Source: Podarcis bocagei (Eukaryota). From it: a stretch of DNA of 64,000 nucleotides. The stretch lies in assembly GCA_964188305.1 (NCBI GenBank), contig OZ076896.1; one strand, written 5' to 3'. Shown here in pieces: positions 9,851 through 22,320 of the stretch; position 1 is the first letter of the stretch, and each line of letters starts with the position of its first letter. The notes below the pieces were generated by a model. That model did not search any database and was not told where the DNA came from. It saw nothing but the letters and a program-made list of their open reading frames with translations. The position numbers were made by a program, and so were the translations under genes.

Positions 9851-12800
9851 TGCACCTGCCTGGGCAAGTAAGCATGTATAGGATTGCACGGAACATCTTT
9901 AATCCTTTATATACTTGTGAGCAAGTCCTATTAAAATAAGTGGTACATACTTTCAAGGAACCTGCTGTTTATAATCTCCATAATCACAACTCTTATGAAC
10001 ACGTTAAATTAAGAGACCTATAGGGAGATACAAAAAGAGTGCAATGCTTCCATGCTTGCTGCTGCTGTCAGCTGGAACGCTCACATGCTCAGTCCTCATT
10101 TTGCTTTTTAGGGGAGTGGAGAGGAAACTACTGCAAGCCATAATAACTAAAAGCTAGTGAAAGTTCCACACAGGCAAAGGGAACACTCTTGCACCTGGAG
10201 TCAATGAGTTCCCAGCCGCACCTCCTTTTCAGTGGGCAAGTGAATGTAAGAACTCATAAATGTGAAAGATCTTAACAGCTCTGACCTGAAACAAATCAGA
10301 GTGGAAGATTTGCTCCAAAGCTCAGGTAATATACCTTTTCTCTGACCTGTGAAAGAACCCCTGTTATTCCTTTCCTATAACTGCACTAAGGAGACACTGA
10401 CAATTGTGACACACACGACAGTCGTTATCATGGTGCACACAGATGGAGGACTGCATGCGATCCAAGTTATTTTTAATTGTAACCTCTTCTTGAAATTGAA
10501 CCTCGGAGGTGAGAGGCTAGTGAACTAGTGGTACTGATAGGACTTCTTCTACAAGTGTGAATTCATTTCTTACTCATCGGAAATAATGACAGACGTGCTG
10601 GAAAGAGGTATAAAACTAGGTGCAGTGTAGACTTGAGCAGATAACTGTGTTACAAGATTGTGGCATTATCCAGTTAAGGTAAAAAAAAAATCGAACAGTC
10701 AATTGATTCTCTCCCAGTGATACCAGCTGAACCTATGTGAACTCAGTTTTGGCTGAATCACTCTTACTCACCAAGTAAAACCAATTAAACTACAAAGAAA
10801 GTACTAAACTTCTCTAATTTCAATGCACATTTATGTTGCAACTTTATTTACAGCATTATTTATGTGCCACAAATGTGACACAGTGGCTTCCAACAGAATA
10901 CATTTAAGGAATATCTCAAAATATAGTGAAAATAAAATTCAGTTACAAGTACAGCAGCAAAGTAGTAAGAATCAAAACTATGAGTCAGATTATATCCATC
11001 AGTTATTCTCAACTCCTCCAACCCCAAATCATCACCTGTGAAGTCTAAGAGTGTGCTTCACAACTGAGGTGGGGTCATGCACCAGTTGCAACAGGACAAT
11101 GGCAATCATGAAAACCATGCACTCTTGATCTGCCCCATATGAGAGGGTCTTGGCACAAACATTGAAACCATCCCAACAAGTAGCCCAGGTGAGTCCCAAC
11201 ATCAAAGCTGAAACCACGTCTGCCAGCTCAAGAATAGAAACAGTTGGCAGTAGGGTGAGCAATACAGCAAGAGAATCCCGAATTTGTTTCAAGAGGTGCA
11301 CTTGGAAACTGCTAAACATGACCAACTGGACAGGGCAATGGATTCACAAAAGATTACTGCAACTCAAACTCCAAGTCAGTCTGCTTGGGGATTTGAAATC
11401 CTGGTGGGCACAACCTCCTCTCAGCTTGTCCAGTCAGATCTCTTGTAATGTACAACAGGTCAGCATGCTCATCAAGGATAATGTCTTGGATGGCAGAGGT
11501 CTTACAGTTCACCAACTTGGTATGCAGCAGAACTTTTAGAAATCACCAGGATATGGGTAAAGTTTGCCCGAGTCAGACTTTTGGGAAAAAAATCAAGGTG
11601 CTTGTTAAACCAAATGAGCTGTAATTAGTGGTGGTCCAAAGTAGCTGGCCCTGACCAAATGTGTTAGTCCCTTGAAGACTGTATTAATATTTATTTTGGG
11701 GGTAGGGGTGTTAAGAATTGTTGACTTTTGCATGGCAGCTAAAGGTTGTGTGTGTCCTCCCACCACCTTTTAATAGAAAAAAAGTCTTGCTGCAGCTTCA
11801 GGTGTTGCATCCTTGTCAGGGGCATTCTGTTCCTGGAGGAACACACCTGGAGGCTGCTGCCAAGCTACCATTTGAAGCAGTAGCAGGCTTTGTTTGTGGT
11901 TGGAAGAAAGAAGAGCACCCTCTTGCACCCTTCCTGCTGTTGTGTCTCCACCAGCTTTCTGAGTGTTCCACTGGAATAATGAGGGCTTTCCACCAGCATA
12001 TCTGTCATAGCCAACGAGATATCTGGCATTCTGTCAATATAATGGGACAGATGTCAAATCCTAAGCCCCTTAGCTGGCATACCTCAAGTATTGGACTGTA
12101 TCCTGACTGTTGCAATCAAGAGGGCCTTATATTGAGATCCCAGCTACTAAGCTGGGTGGTTCACTCAACAGGACCTCTCCAGATCATCTGAAAGATCAAG
12201 CAGGGTCATGGGATAAGAAAGTGCTTCTTTAATTATTATTATTTTTAATAAAGAAACAAACTGGGAGTTGAGTGGCAGTACTACTTGGATCACCTGGCTC
12301 TGAGGACCACATTTTATAAGCTTGACTACAAATGCTAAAATATTAAATGGGTAAGTAGTTCTACACTGGACATTGCACACACTAACCTAGCAAAGCGCTT
12401 CTCTAATCCTGCCTACTTATAATTACCTGATTTGCTAGCATGCATGCAGCAAAGTGCATGCCTGTGCATGAATAATTACATCCATCCATCTTGGGAGATT
12501 CTACCCCCTGAGCAAGCAACATCAATCAAAGAGAAACCATCACCCACATGCTGAATCTTTTGATAGATATTTCATAATCTATTGCTGCCTCCTACACAAC
12601 TCAATTTCCATAGACTCTGTCTGCAAACAACAATAACTCTGGATTACTAGGGAAAATATCATCTATTCTTTTTCTTAAAAGTCTCAGCTACATACGTAGG
12701 AGTCTGTGTTCCCCATATGTTACAGAGACTCTCCAGAATTCAACACTTCATTTTATTCCAGCATTTAGCATGGCATATATTTCTCCTGCGAGCATTTTCT

Positions 12801-15315
12801 TGTCATTTCTTTCTCTCATGCAGCCCAATAGTAAGATAACATCCTTCCCTTCTACCAATCCTGTTTACAAATACCTAGCCTCAGTGTCACTTTAACTGAC
12901 TAACAACTTTCTCTGGGCAGTTTTTATTTGCAACATTTCTAGCCCTCTGGACTAGAAAGAAAATCCTAAAACCATGTATGACCACAAGCAATGTTTTCCA
13001 TACCAAGAGCATGTAGTCACTATGGGGTGATAGTAGGTCAGAAATGATTGCCTGGCACTTCTTGAAGAGAAGGGACAAGCACAGAAAAGGGTAGAGAAAA
13101 GGAGGACAGAGGAGCAGTCATTCCCCTCCCCTCCCGCCATGGATTCTTTGAGGTATTCTTTGGTTCCTTCATACATGGATTTTCAATATGTCTGTATGCA
13201 TCTGTTCCCTGCCTCTTATTTCAAAGCAGCTGTCCTAGACAGGTGAAGAAATCCAGGATTCACCTCTTTCTTGCTAACACAAATGCCAGTCCTTCATTTA
13301 GCTCTCAGTGGAATCCTATGCATACTTACTCATAAGTAACTCCTCTCAAAGACTTGCCCCAGTGTGTAAGGACTGCAGCCCTAGGCAGGCTCAATTGTTT
13401 TATTCTGGATTTAAAAATTCAACAGGGGGAAACCTGATAAGCCATGAGATTGTATTCAGTGCTGCATCAGCTGGGTTCCACCAGCAAAGCAGGACTTCTG
13501 TTCGCTCCATGCACTCGCAAGATCTGCCCCCAGAGGACTCCCCCAACACTCCAGAGCTGAGTCTGGAGGTGCACAGGGGGATGGTGGGGACAGGAGAGGA
13601 AGAGGAAGTTCTGCTGCGCATGGACGTCTCTGGCACCAGTGGAGCTGCAGTATTTGATACAGCCCATAGTCTCAGGAAAGGAAAAACACAGTAACGTCAG
13701 TCCGTGCTGGTTCTTCTTTCTTCTAATGGACAATGCATATATTTCAACAGCTACAAAGCATCGCTGTAAACTGGAGACTTTGGGTTTATTTATCCCCCTC
13801 CAAAAGGCTATACGTTGCATGGGTGTTAGATGAAATAAGTCCTGAAAGGGCTAGTAACACAACTATAGCTTAAGAGATGTATCACTGATTCGGTTGTTAT
13901 CGGGAAGCATCTGGCGTCTGAGAGGCCCTCTCTGAAACAGGAAAATGAACATGAAATCCAATGCTATTCATGCAGTTTCAAAGTTGGAGCCAGAGGGATA
14001 GGAGTAATAATCAATTTCATACCACATAAGCAAGACTGCAAACAGCAGCGCTGAGGGACTTCTGGAGCTTTGTCAGTTACAGTGTGCAAATACAGAGGAC
14101 TTTGGGATTGGCCTACAAAAAGCAAGATGACCACAAGACAAGCAAAACCTTTGACATCTATCTCATTTTGACTTTTGCTACACTTCCAAAAGATAACATA
14201 ACATTTCAAAGGATTTGTTGACAAGCTACCAGGGATACTAATGCAGCTAAATTTAGTATGATACCAAATGAGGTGGAAAATCACTGTAGCTAAGTGATAA
14301 TGCTGCTTATAGCAAACAAGATTCTAAATTAATAAACATGAATATATTAATTCACTACAGCCAAGTAATAAGTTGTGTTGATGTTTCCTCTGCATAAAAT
14401 GCCACTTAATAATGTGACAGGGAACTTGGGGAAGGAAGTTGCAGAGTTGAAAAGCCACAGAAAATTATTCCAGAAGGCTTCCTGTTAAATACTGCATAGA
14501 AAATGGTTGAGTTGAAGCACATCATGTACAAACTCAAACAGCAAATAAACTGTTCTGATAATTCATCTGTAGGCTATTTTAGTGAAACCACATGCAAGAA
14601 GTTATCTCCACTCATACTTAAGTGTACTATAGCCCAGTTTCTGATGGCCAAGACTGCAAGCACATTTTAACATGCTTTCCTTTCTTTCCTTCCAGAAATT
14701 CATACTCCTAGGACAGTCTGAGCTATTCTCCTCTGCATTCAATTCCCAGTTAAATAGAATCACTTACAATAAGCTTCACACAATTGTACATACATATCTT
14801 ACTTTTAAATATGTATGTTTTACAACTTCCATACTATTTTTACCATTAGAGGTGGGAAATTCCTATCACTGCCATCCAGGATTTTTTGGAAGAAGTGCAT
14901 GCTATAAGTTAATTAAATAAACAATAAAACAGTGGTAAGTGAAGCTTATCAGGTCAAACTGTAAAGTTGTCAAGCCCTAAGTAGAAAAGAAATCCCCCCC
15001 CCCCAAGTCTCATCTTTTGAATGAGGCAAAGCAACAGGAAAAAGAAAGCAACAAAGACTTCATCAGAGAATGCGAAGATAGTGAATGAACAAACCTGGGC
15101 ATTTGGTTCCTCTAGCATACAGCAGTGCATGAACTGAAAGTCACTGGCAGATATGAAGAGGGTGCTGGGATGCAACTTTTAGATTGCAAGCTTCTGTGAC
15201 TGAAAATCAAACCAACTCCTTAGCTTTCTTGTACAGTCAAGCTGGTCCTCTCCACCACCGAACCTATGAGCAGGCATCACAATGGGGGTAAGCAGGTCTA
15301 CATAACCAAAGGTTG

Positions 15316-15740
15316 TTGTTGTTTAGTCGTGTCCGACTCTTCATGACCCCATGGACCAGAGCACGCCAGGCACTCCTGTCTTCCACTGCCTCCCGCAGTT
15401 TGGTCAAACTCATACTGGTAGCTTCGAGAACACTATCCAACCATCTCATCCTCTGTCGTCCTCTTCTCCTTGTGCCCTCCATCTTTCCCAACAACAGGGT
15501 CTTTTCCAGGGAGTCTTCTCTTCTCATGAGGTGGCCAAAGTACTGGAGTCTCAGCTTCAGGATCTGACCTTCCAGTGAGCACTCAGGGCTGATTTCCTTA
15601 AGAATGGATAGGTTTTATCTTCTTGCAGTCCATGGGACTCTCAAGAATCTCCTCCAGCACCATAATTCAAAAGCATCCATTCTTCAGCGATCAGCCTTCT
15701 TTATGGTCCAGCTCTCACTTCCATATATCACTACTGGGAA
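15316..15740 (-). mobile_element. Bov-B (RTE) LINE 3' fragment
   Basis: RT C-terminus MRREDSLEKTLLLGKMEGTRRRGRQRMRWLD, (CAA)n tail, 12-bp flanking duplication AACCAAAGGTTG (15304-15315 / 15741-15752). Confidence 0.95.
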
Positions 15741-16015
15741 AACCAAAGGTTGGATGTAGGTTTTCCACCATCCTATAATTTATAGAGAGGAGAGCCCCTC
15801 TTGAACTTCCAGTTTGGTGAAGAAGCCATCTTCTCTGGTTTTGAGATAGTACTAGACCTGCAACCGTGTGCACAATATAAACTAGTTCCCTACAAATAGT
15901 CTTACTCTCGCCAATACTCCTAGTTACTCATGGCCCAAGAAATGCAATGCTTACCTCAAGAGCTGAATATATGACACATTCTCCTGCAAAAGGTTTTGTG
16001 AAAGAGCCTTTAGAG

Positions 16016-16329
16016 CAGGTGTGGAAAACTTTTGGATCTCCAGATGATGTTGGACTTCAACTCCCATCATCCCTAGCCAGCATGCTCAATAGTCAGGAAC
16101 GATGGGAGCTATAGTTCTGAAACGAAGGGGACGAAGGGGACAACAGAGGACAAGATGGTTGGACAGTGTTCTCGAAGCTACAAACATGAGTCTGACCAAG
16201 CTGCGGGAGGCAATGGAAGACAGGAGTGCCTGGCATGCTCTGGTCCATGGGGTCATGAAGAGTCGGACACGACTAAACAACAACAAATAGTTCTGAAACA
16301 TCTGAAGGACCACAACTTCTTCACCAATG
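16016..16329. mobile_element. Palindromic hAT-like MITE interrupted by a Bov-B fragment
   Basis: Internal inverted repeat CCAGATG..ACTTCAACTCCCATC / GATGGGAGCTATAGT..CATCTG, split by the insertion. Confidence 0.65.
16124..16286 (+). mobile_element. Short Bov-B 3' fragment
   Basis: RWLDSVLEATNMSLTKLREA..., CAA tail, 13-bp TSD ATAGTTCTGAAAC (16111-16123 / 16287-16299). Confidence 0.92.
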
Positions 16330-16410
16330 ATTTTAAGGAGAATAAAGAAATAATAGCAATAGTTGCCCTGTCTCAAATATGTTGTATATATTTAAAAGTA
16401 TATAAAAAAT

Positions 16411-16637
16411 AAAAAAATTGTCCAGTAGCACCTTGGAGACCAACTAAGTTTGTTCTTGGTATAAGCTTTCATGTGCATGCACACTTCTTCAGATACTTCT
16501 TCTGAAGAAGTGTGCATGCACACGAAAGCTTATACCAAGAACAAACTTAGTTGGTCTCTAAGGTGCTACTGGACAAATTTTTTTAATTTTTTTATATATT
16601 TCAACTGCGTCAGACCAACATGGCTATCTACTTGAAT
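16411..16637. mobile_element. Penelope-like element terminal repeat in inverted (palindromic) arrangement, with hammerhead-like motifs
   Basis: Near-perfect ~80-bp inverted arms (16411-16493 / 16501-16584) with a 7-nt spacer. Contains CTGAAGAAGTGTGCATGCACACGAAAGCTTATAC and TTGGTCTCTAAGGTGCTAC, typical of reptile PLE ends. Confidence 0.8.
16459..16496 (-). ncRNA. Minimal type I hammerhead-ribozyme-like motif (PLE-associated)
   Basis: GTAT-CTGAAGA-A-GTGTGCATGCACAT-GAAA-GCTT-ATAC: stem I GTAT/ATAC, CUGANGA and GAAA cores, palindromic stem II, minimal palindromic stem III. Confidence 0.6.
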
Positions 16638-19600
16638 ATTAAAAGGTAATTATTCATCCCCCCCCAAAAAAAAAATACACAACCTGAAAAACAGGGGGAA
16701 GGGAGAAGAATATACAGGATATTACAACTAGAAAAACAGCATTATTGTGGTTGTCTCAGAGACCATAAAATAGAACTCTACTTGACCTCTCCTTTAGTTT
16801 TAGCAGTTGTAGGACTACATACAGTATCTGATTATCACAGGTGGGCTTTGAGGTGTGTGTATCCCACAATGAAAATACAGCAGATATTGAGCCTTCTTCA
16901 GTGTAGTCCACATTTTACCTCGGGTTTTGAACCCTATTTTATGTAGAAATTTCAAAACAACTTGAGTTAAAATAATATAATTTGCTATTTTTGTCTTTCT
17001 TTGAAAGAGAAACTTAGAAAGACAGTGTGCCGCATTTTGCACAATATTCCCAACTTTTACATTACAAAGCTCTACAGCACACGTATGCTGAAATAAATGA
17101 TTAGACAAGGGAGGGAAAAAATAAAATATACCTTTGTGATATGTTTCTGAAGTTTATGACAAAAGCTGCTCCTTGCGGTTTATTAAACTCTAATCATTTT
17201 TCTTGAAGGATTAGTAGCAATTATCATTAAGGTTCAAGCATTTAACTGTGACTGCTGCAATAAATCTTACTGAAATAACTGAAACATACTTTTTTTGCAT
17301 GTGGCAACCTGTCTCTGAATCACAACCATCTGTACATAGTTATTGCCTGGTGCACACAGATGGCAGTAAAATCACTATAAAGCTATAGCATTCTTTAATC
17401 ATAAGTTCTATCAGTACCAAACAAAATGAAATTGCAGTCAGACTATTAGCATTTGAAAGACTATATGATCACTGTAATTAACAAATACGTTTTCAAATCC
17501 TGGTACAAGGCTGTTTCATTGGTTTCTCACAGAACAAAAAAACAAAAAAAAACAACAACCCAGAAATACTTATACTGGGCAATCCCTTGTTTTAATCTCA
17601 GATGCATGTTTATGTGGAAAGAAAAGTGAATGAATGAATAAATAAATGAAAGCATATGTTAACAATAGAATAGCAATCTTTCAAGCTTTTACTATGCACA
17701 CTGCACAATTCCTTTGCAGATTTAAAATGACAGTAGATGGTAGCAGGGTAATTGATCCCTCCTTGCTCAAGGCACAATCATGAGTGCTGGAGGTCAGCAA
17801 CTGGAGAAGTACACAAAATCCTTGTCACTCTGAATCAGTTATAAAAAGATTTCCATAAATTCCTTTTAGCTTTCAAGGGATATGATGTCCAGGTGTCTCT
17901 AAGAGGTCCATTGCCTATAGGACTTCAGAGCTAAAGAACTGCACACTTTAAAGCACTAAACTGGCATCACTGCATTACATTGTACTATGCCAACTCACAC
18001 CTGTCCTTCATGCACCACAAGCAGGGACACCAACAGCAGCAGCAGCAGCAGATCATCAGCCAGGACAACTGCAGAGCTGGTAAAACTCTGACCCTCTTCC
18101 TGCTCTGCTTTGGCTGCTGCTCTCCCTGAAAGGAAGAGAGACATTTGGCCATCTCTGGAGGACCCTGAGCCACCAGGCATTGATTTACAGCTGCTAGCCT
18201 TGATGCTGGACTTCTGGGCAGAGTGGAGAACTTCTAAGGAGGGGAAATTGCCATGTTGATGTGAATGGTTTGGGGCTAGGGATGGGGTGTAGGTGTTGTC
18301 CTGTTTATCTGCCAGCTGGTAGATTATTAATTTGTGTATTGTTTGTGTATTGGTAATCTTTATTATTACTGTTATGAGGGGCTGATGGATTTTTGTCTTC
18401 TCAATATGGAATATTAATATATTATTCCCCCTCCTTTTCTATCATATAATGTATTTATGCATATGTTTTTTTTCAATGTAAGTAGCTTAGAGACTAATAA
18501 ATAAGTAAACAATTAAGGTATTTACATATTTGCCTTCTTGCAAAACATCAGGCCATGTGAGGGCTGCTGATGCCCCAGTCTTAAGTGCCCAGTGCCATTA
18601 CTAGTAGATAGTCAAAGGGAGAAGCAAGACTAGAGAAAGCAGTATGATGCAGCGTGGGGAGGAATAAGGGAGGGAGATTTCCAGATCTGTGGGAGAGACC
18701 CAGCAGGTCTGGTCTGGCCCACATTCTGGCAAGTGCAGAAACTTGCATTTATTTAAATTTTTCTTCCACTATTCTAAAGCACTTTGGATTGTAACCTATT
18801 AAGTCCTTCTGGTGATAGCTCTTTTACAAAAGGCTTGACTTCTACAAATTCTCCTGCAGTACCCAACACTTCCTAGCATGCTGGCTGAAAGGGGTACACC
18901 AAGCCTGCTGAACACTTTTTTTGCAGGGAGGAGGGTTAAAGGATGTTGGGGTCTAAGTAGATTAACTGGGGGAAACTGAACACATTATCCAAGTACTACT
19001 GTTCTACAGCATGAGCTGCTAAACTGAATCCTACTAGAGGTCCTGCAACTGAACCTAAAATTGAAAATGCTCTGCAATTTGGTGGATCTTGCTCTTTTTC
19101 AATACATCAGGCAGTTCCTGTTGCAGTGCCTTAACTAGGAACACTGATGTTATTGTGGCTTGACATATGATTGGATTCTATTTTGTCTTTTCTATCTAAA
19201 AATAACAGAGTACATTTCATGTTTCCCAAGCTAGAAGTCTCATTATGAAATTATTCACTGAGATGTATATTCTGTCTGTGTTTCGTGCTTGCTTTTGTTT
19301 TATATTAAAAACTGTGACTTTGCATCTCAACTGTTCCATCAGTCATGAATACCAAAAAAAAAAAAAAAATGAAACAGATGTGATGAGTATAACATGAATC
19401 TTGCAGAACGTAGCTGCGCTTTTTGATGGGTTTAGGGTAAGCAGTTGCCCTCCCTGGGGCACATGTTAACTGTTTGAGATTCACTGCTGCCAAATGCACA
19501 GCTTGCTATCTGTAGGAAAGTAGAATTGGCAGGGAACAGATGGTACCAGTCAATAGATGTGCCATTTCTATTTCTTCCATTAGAGCTGCAGCATGGCAAA

Positions 19601-20355
19601 TTAGCATAGATCTAGATGGCATGCAAGACACTGTGCTTCTATTAAAGACCACCAAGCTCCACTCATTACCCATTTATTTAAATTTTAACCTCTCCCCATC
19701 TAGCTCACCAAAGGCTCAGAGCATTTACCAATACTTTACTTTAAAATACCCAAAAGTTTTAGCCATCATACACACATACCATTAGTATCATACATCAAAA
19801 TACAGTCCAGATTAGATCGATTTCCTGGCTTTTCTAAACTAAAATTGTGCTTGGGCAAAATTCCATTTGATAAAGGTTCACATGGACCTACCTCCCAAAT
19901 GCTTACCCTTGACATATGTACTCAGCACATGGGACACTCACCACTGATTGAAAGGAGGCATTGGTAAATGTATTGCTTCTGTGTTTTAGTTTCTATGGAT
20001 CTGTGGGACCAGACAAACACTCTGAATTGTGATGTAATCGTGAGATCACCTGGCCTTTAGAAGTATATGGCATAAACAATGTGGTTTCCCATCCTCTGGA
20101 CTCCCTGGGAAACTCAACAAACCAGCTGTACTTGGAACTGGGTTTGGAGAGTGCAGGTGATTGGCACAGAGCTGTGGGCAGCCTGCGGAAGATACTATCC
20201 ACCTTGGACCTGCCCATAAAAAGCAAGTGACAAGCGCTGTTTCCAGGAACTCTTCTTGGGAGACTTAGTGGGTGAGCTGAGAATTTTTTTGGACCCAGGT
20301 GAGAACCTGGAGGCTGAGAGGGTGGCTGTGCCAGAAGGAAAATAAACTTATACTG

Positions 20356-20356
<1 letters not shown>

Positions 20357-20387
<31 letters not shown>
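20357..20387. repeat. (AGAC)n microsatellite abutting the Bov-B 5' junction
   Basis: Direct inspection. Confidence 0.9.
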
Positions 20388-20399
20388 GGATGGATATAT

Positions 20400-20875
20400 G
20401 GACCTTGCTGACAAAGGTCCATATAGTTACAGCTATGGTTCTCCTAGTAGTGATGTATGGAAGTGAGAGCTGGAGCATAAAGAAGGCTGATTGCCGAAGA
20501 ATTGATGCTTTTGAATTATGGTGCTGGAGGAGACTCTTGAGAGTCCCATGGACTACAAGAAGATCAAACCGATCCATTCTTAAGGAAATCAGCCCTGAGT
20601 GCTCACTGGAAGGACAGATCCTGAAGCTGAGGCTCCAATACTTTGGCCACCTCATGAGAAGAGAAGACTCCCTGGAAAAGACGCAGATGTTGGGAAAGAT
20701 TGAGGGCACAAGGAGAAGGGGACGACAGAGGATGAGATGGTTGGACAGTGTTCTTGAAGCTACCAACATGAGTTTGACCAAACTGCAGGAGGCAGTGGAA
20801 GACAGGAGTGCCTGGCATGCTCTGGTCCATGGGGTCATGAAGTTGGACACGACTAAACGACTAAACAACAACAAA
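20400..20875 (+). mobile_element. Bov-B (RTE) LINE 3' fragment
   Basis: ORF 20390-20884 contains YGSESWSIKKADCRRIDAFELWCWRRLLRVPW...LRLQYFGHLMRREDSLEK (RTE ORF C-terminus). CAA tail. Confidence 0.95.
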
Positions 20876-21468
20876 TTAATGTAACATATTTATATGTAAT
20901 TGTGTATTCCTGTAATATTTTTGTTTAAGTTGTCTGTTGTTGCTTCAGTTTTCTGTATACCACTTAGATATTTTCGATATATTAAGCAGTATAGAAATTA
21001 AATAATCAGGTCTCTTGGTCAGCTATTTTTATGACTCCACCATGAGGTCACGTGACATAAAGATGGGTTGTTTAGTTATATTTGGAGAAAGGTTTGTTGC
21101 TAAACTATTTAGGGCCCAGAAAGCATTCAGACATTGGCTGTGCTCCCTGGATCATTCCCCACAAGAGTTTCAACATGCAATCTTAACCCTCCCCTCCCCG
21201 GTGTCAACAGCAGCAATTTTGGCCCTCCCTTATCATGTATGCCAGCTGATCTCTCTTATCTACCTTCAACTTGGCCTGCAAAAAGTAGCTAGTAGCTAGT
21301 TTGCATAACAGGAGAATGATAGCTGCATAAAGCAGCTTTGACATACTGGAGGAGGGAAGGGGAGAGCAGTTTATGTCAGTTTAGAAGATTTTTATAGTTA
21401 TTTTTTTAGTTTGCTGACCAATAGTTTGATTTCCTATCTCTACCATATTTATTCCTTTGCGCTTTAGA

Positions 21469-22320
21469 GAGGCAGTGTTGTATAGTGGTTAATGTACTGG
21501 TCTAGGACTTGGGAGACCAGGGTGCCATGAAGCTTGCTGGGTGACCTTGGGCCAGTTACTGCCTCCCAGCCTAACCTACCTCACATGGCTGTTCTAGGGA
21601 TGGGAAGGGGAAGTACAACACCTTGAAGATACAGTGGTGCCTCGCAAGACGAAATTAATTCGTTCCGCAAGTTTTTTCTTCTTGCGAGTTTTTCGTCTTG
21701 CGAAGCACGGTTTCCCATAGGAATGCATTGAAAATCAATTAATGTGTTCCTATGGAAACCGCTTGCCAGGCTGGCGGTGCGGAGAAGGGCTTTTCTCCCC
21801 ACCGCAAGCCTTCAGGACAGGTACGGGAACAGAGGGGAAGGGGCGCAGCGCTTCTCCTCTGTTCCCGGGGCTTGGGTGGGAGGAGGGTTTTTCCTCCCCA
21901 CCGCCAACATTCAGAACAGCATTCTGAATGTTGGCGGTGGGAAGGAAAACCCTCCTCCCACCGCAAGTCTTCAGGACAGCCTTCCGAAGGCTGGCGCGGG
22001 GAGAAGGGCTTTCCGCCCCACCGCCAGCCTTCGGAGGAGCCTTCCGAAGGCTGGCGCGGGGAGAAGGGCTTTCCGCCCCACCGCCAGCCTTTGGAGGAGG
22101 TCCGAGGACAGTGGGGAAGAAGCGCTGCGCTTCCCCGCTGTCCCGGAGATTTCCCTATGGGCTTTCGTCTTGCGAAGGAAGCCCATAGGGAAATTCGTTT
22201 TGCTAAGCGCCTCCAAAACGGAAAACCCTTTCGTCTAGCGGGTTTTCCGTCTTGCGAGGCGTTCGTCTTGCGGGGCACCACTGTATGGTGGCATATAAAT
22301 GGAATACATAAATAATAATA
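21469..22320 (+). mobile_element. MIR/CORE-like tRNA SINE with L2-type tail, split by a Tc1/mariner MITE
   Basis: Head GTATAGTGGTTAA, CORE-like GGTGACCTTGGGCCAGT..CCTACCTCACA. The tail (GGCATATAAAT..AATAATAATA) resumes after 22285. Confidence 0.6.
21632..22283. mobile_element. Tc1/mariner (Tigger/pogo-like) MITE with internal GC-rich minisatellite
   Basis: TA-flanked. TIRs CAGTGGTGCCTCGCAAGACGA / TCGTCTTGCGGGGCACCACTG. Internal ~60-bp units in both orientations. High CpG content suggests it is young. Confidence 0.9.

Noticed and set aside
13308-13694. 128-aa ORF with acidic patch (DLPPEDSPNTPELSLE..EEEEVLL)
   Set aside because: No recognisable homology, non-ATG start and weak splice signals. 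Cannot be supported as coding.
18034-18051. (CAG)6 tract as possible polyQ exon
   Set aside because: Short, with no plus-strand ORF or splice context, and it lies upstream of an L2-like tail.
19993-20874. 293-aa minus-strand ORF (and similar 53940-54545, 15313-15567)
   Set aside because: Antisense frame of Bov-B fragments running into flanking sequence, not a host gene.
21960-22090. Regularly spaced palindromic repeats superficially like a CRISPR array
   Set aside because: Eukaryotic context, no unique spacers and no cas genes. It is a minisatellite within a transposon.
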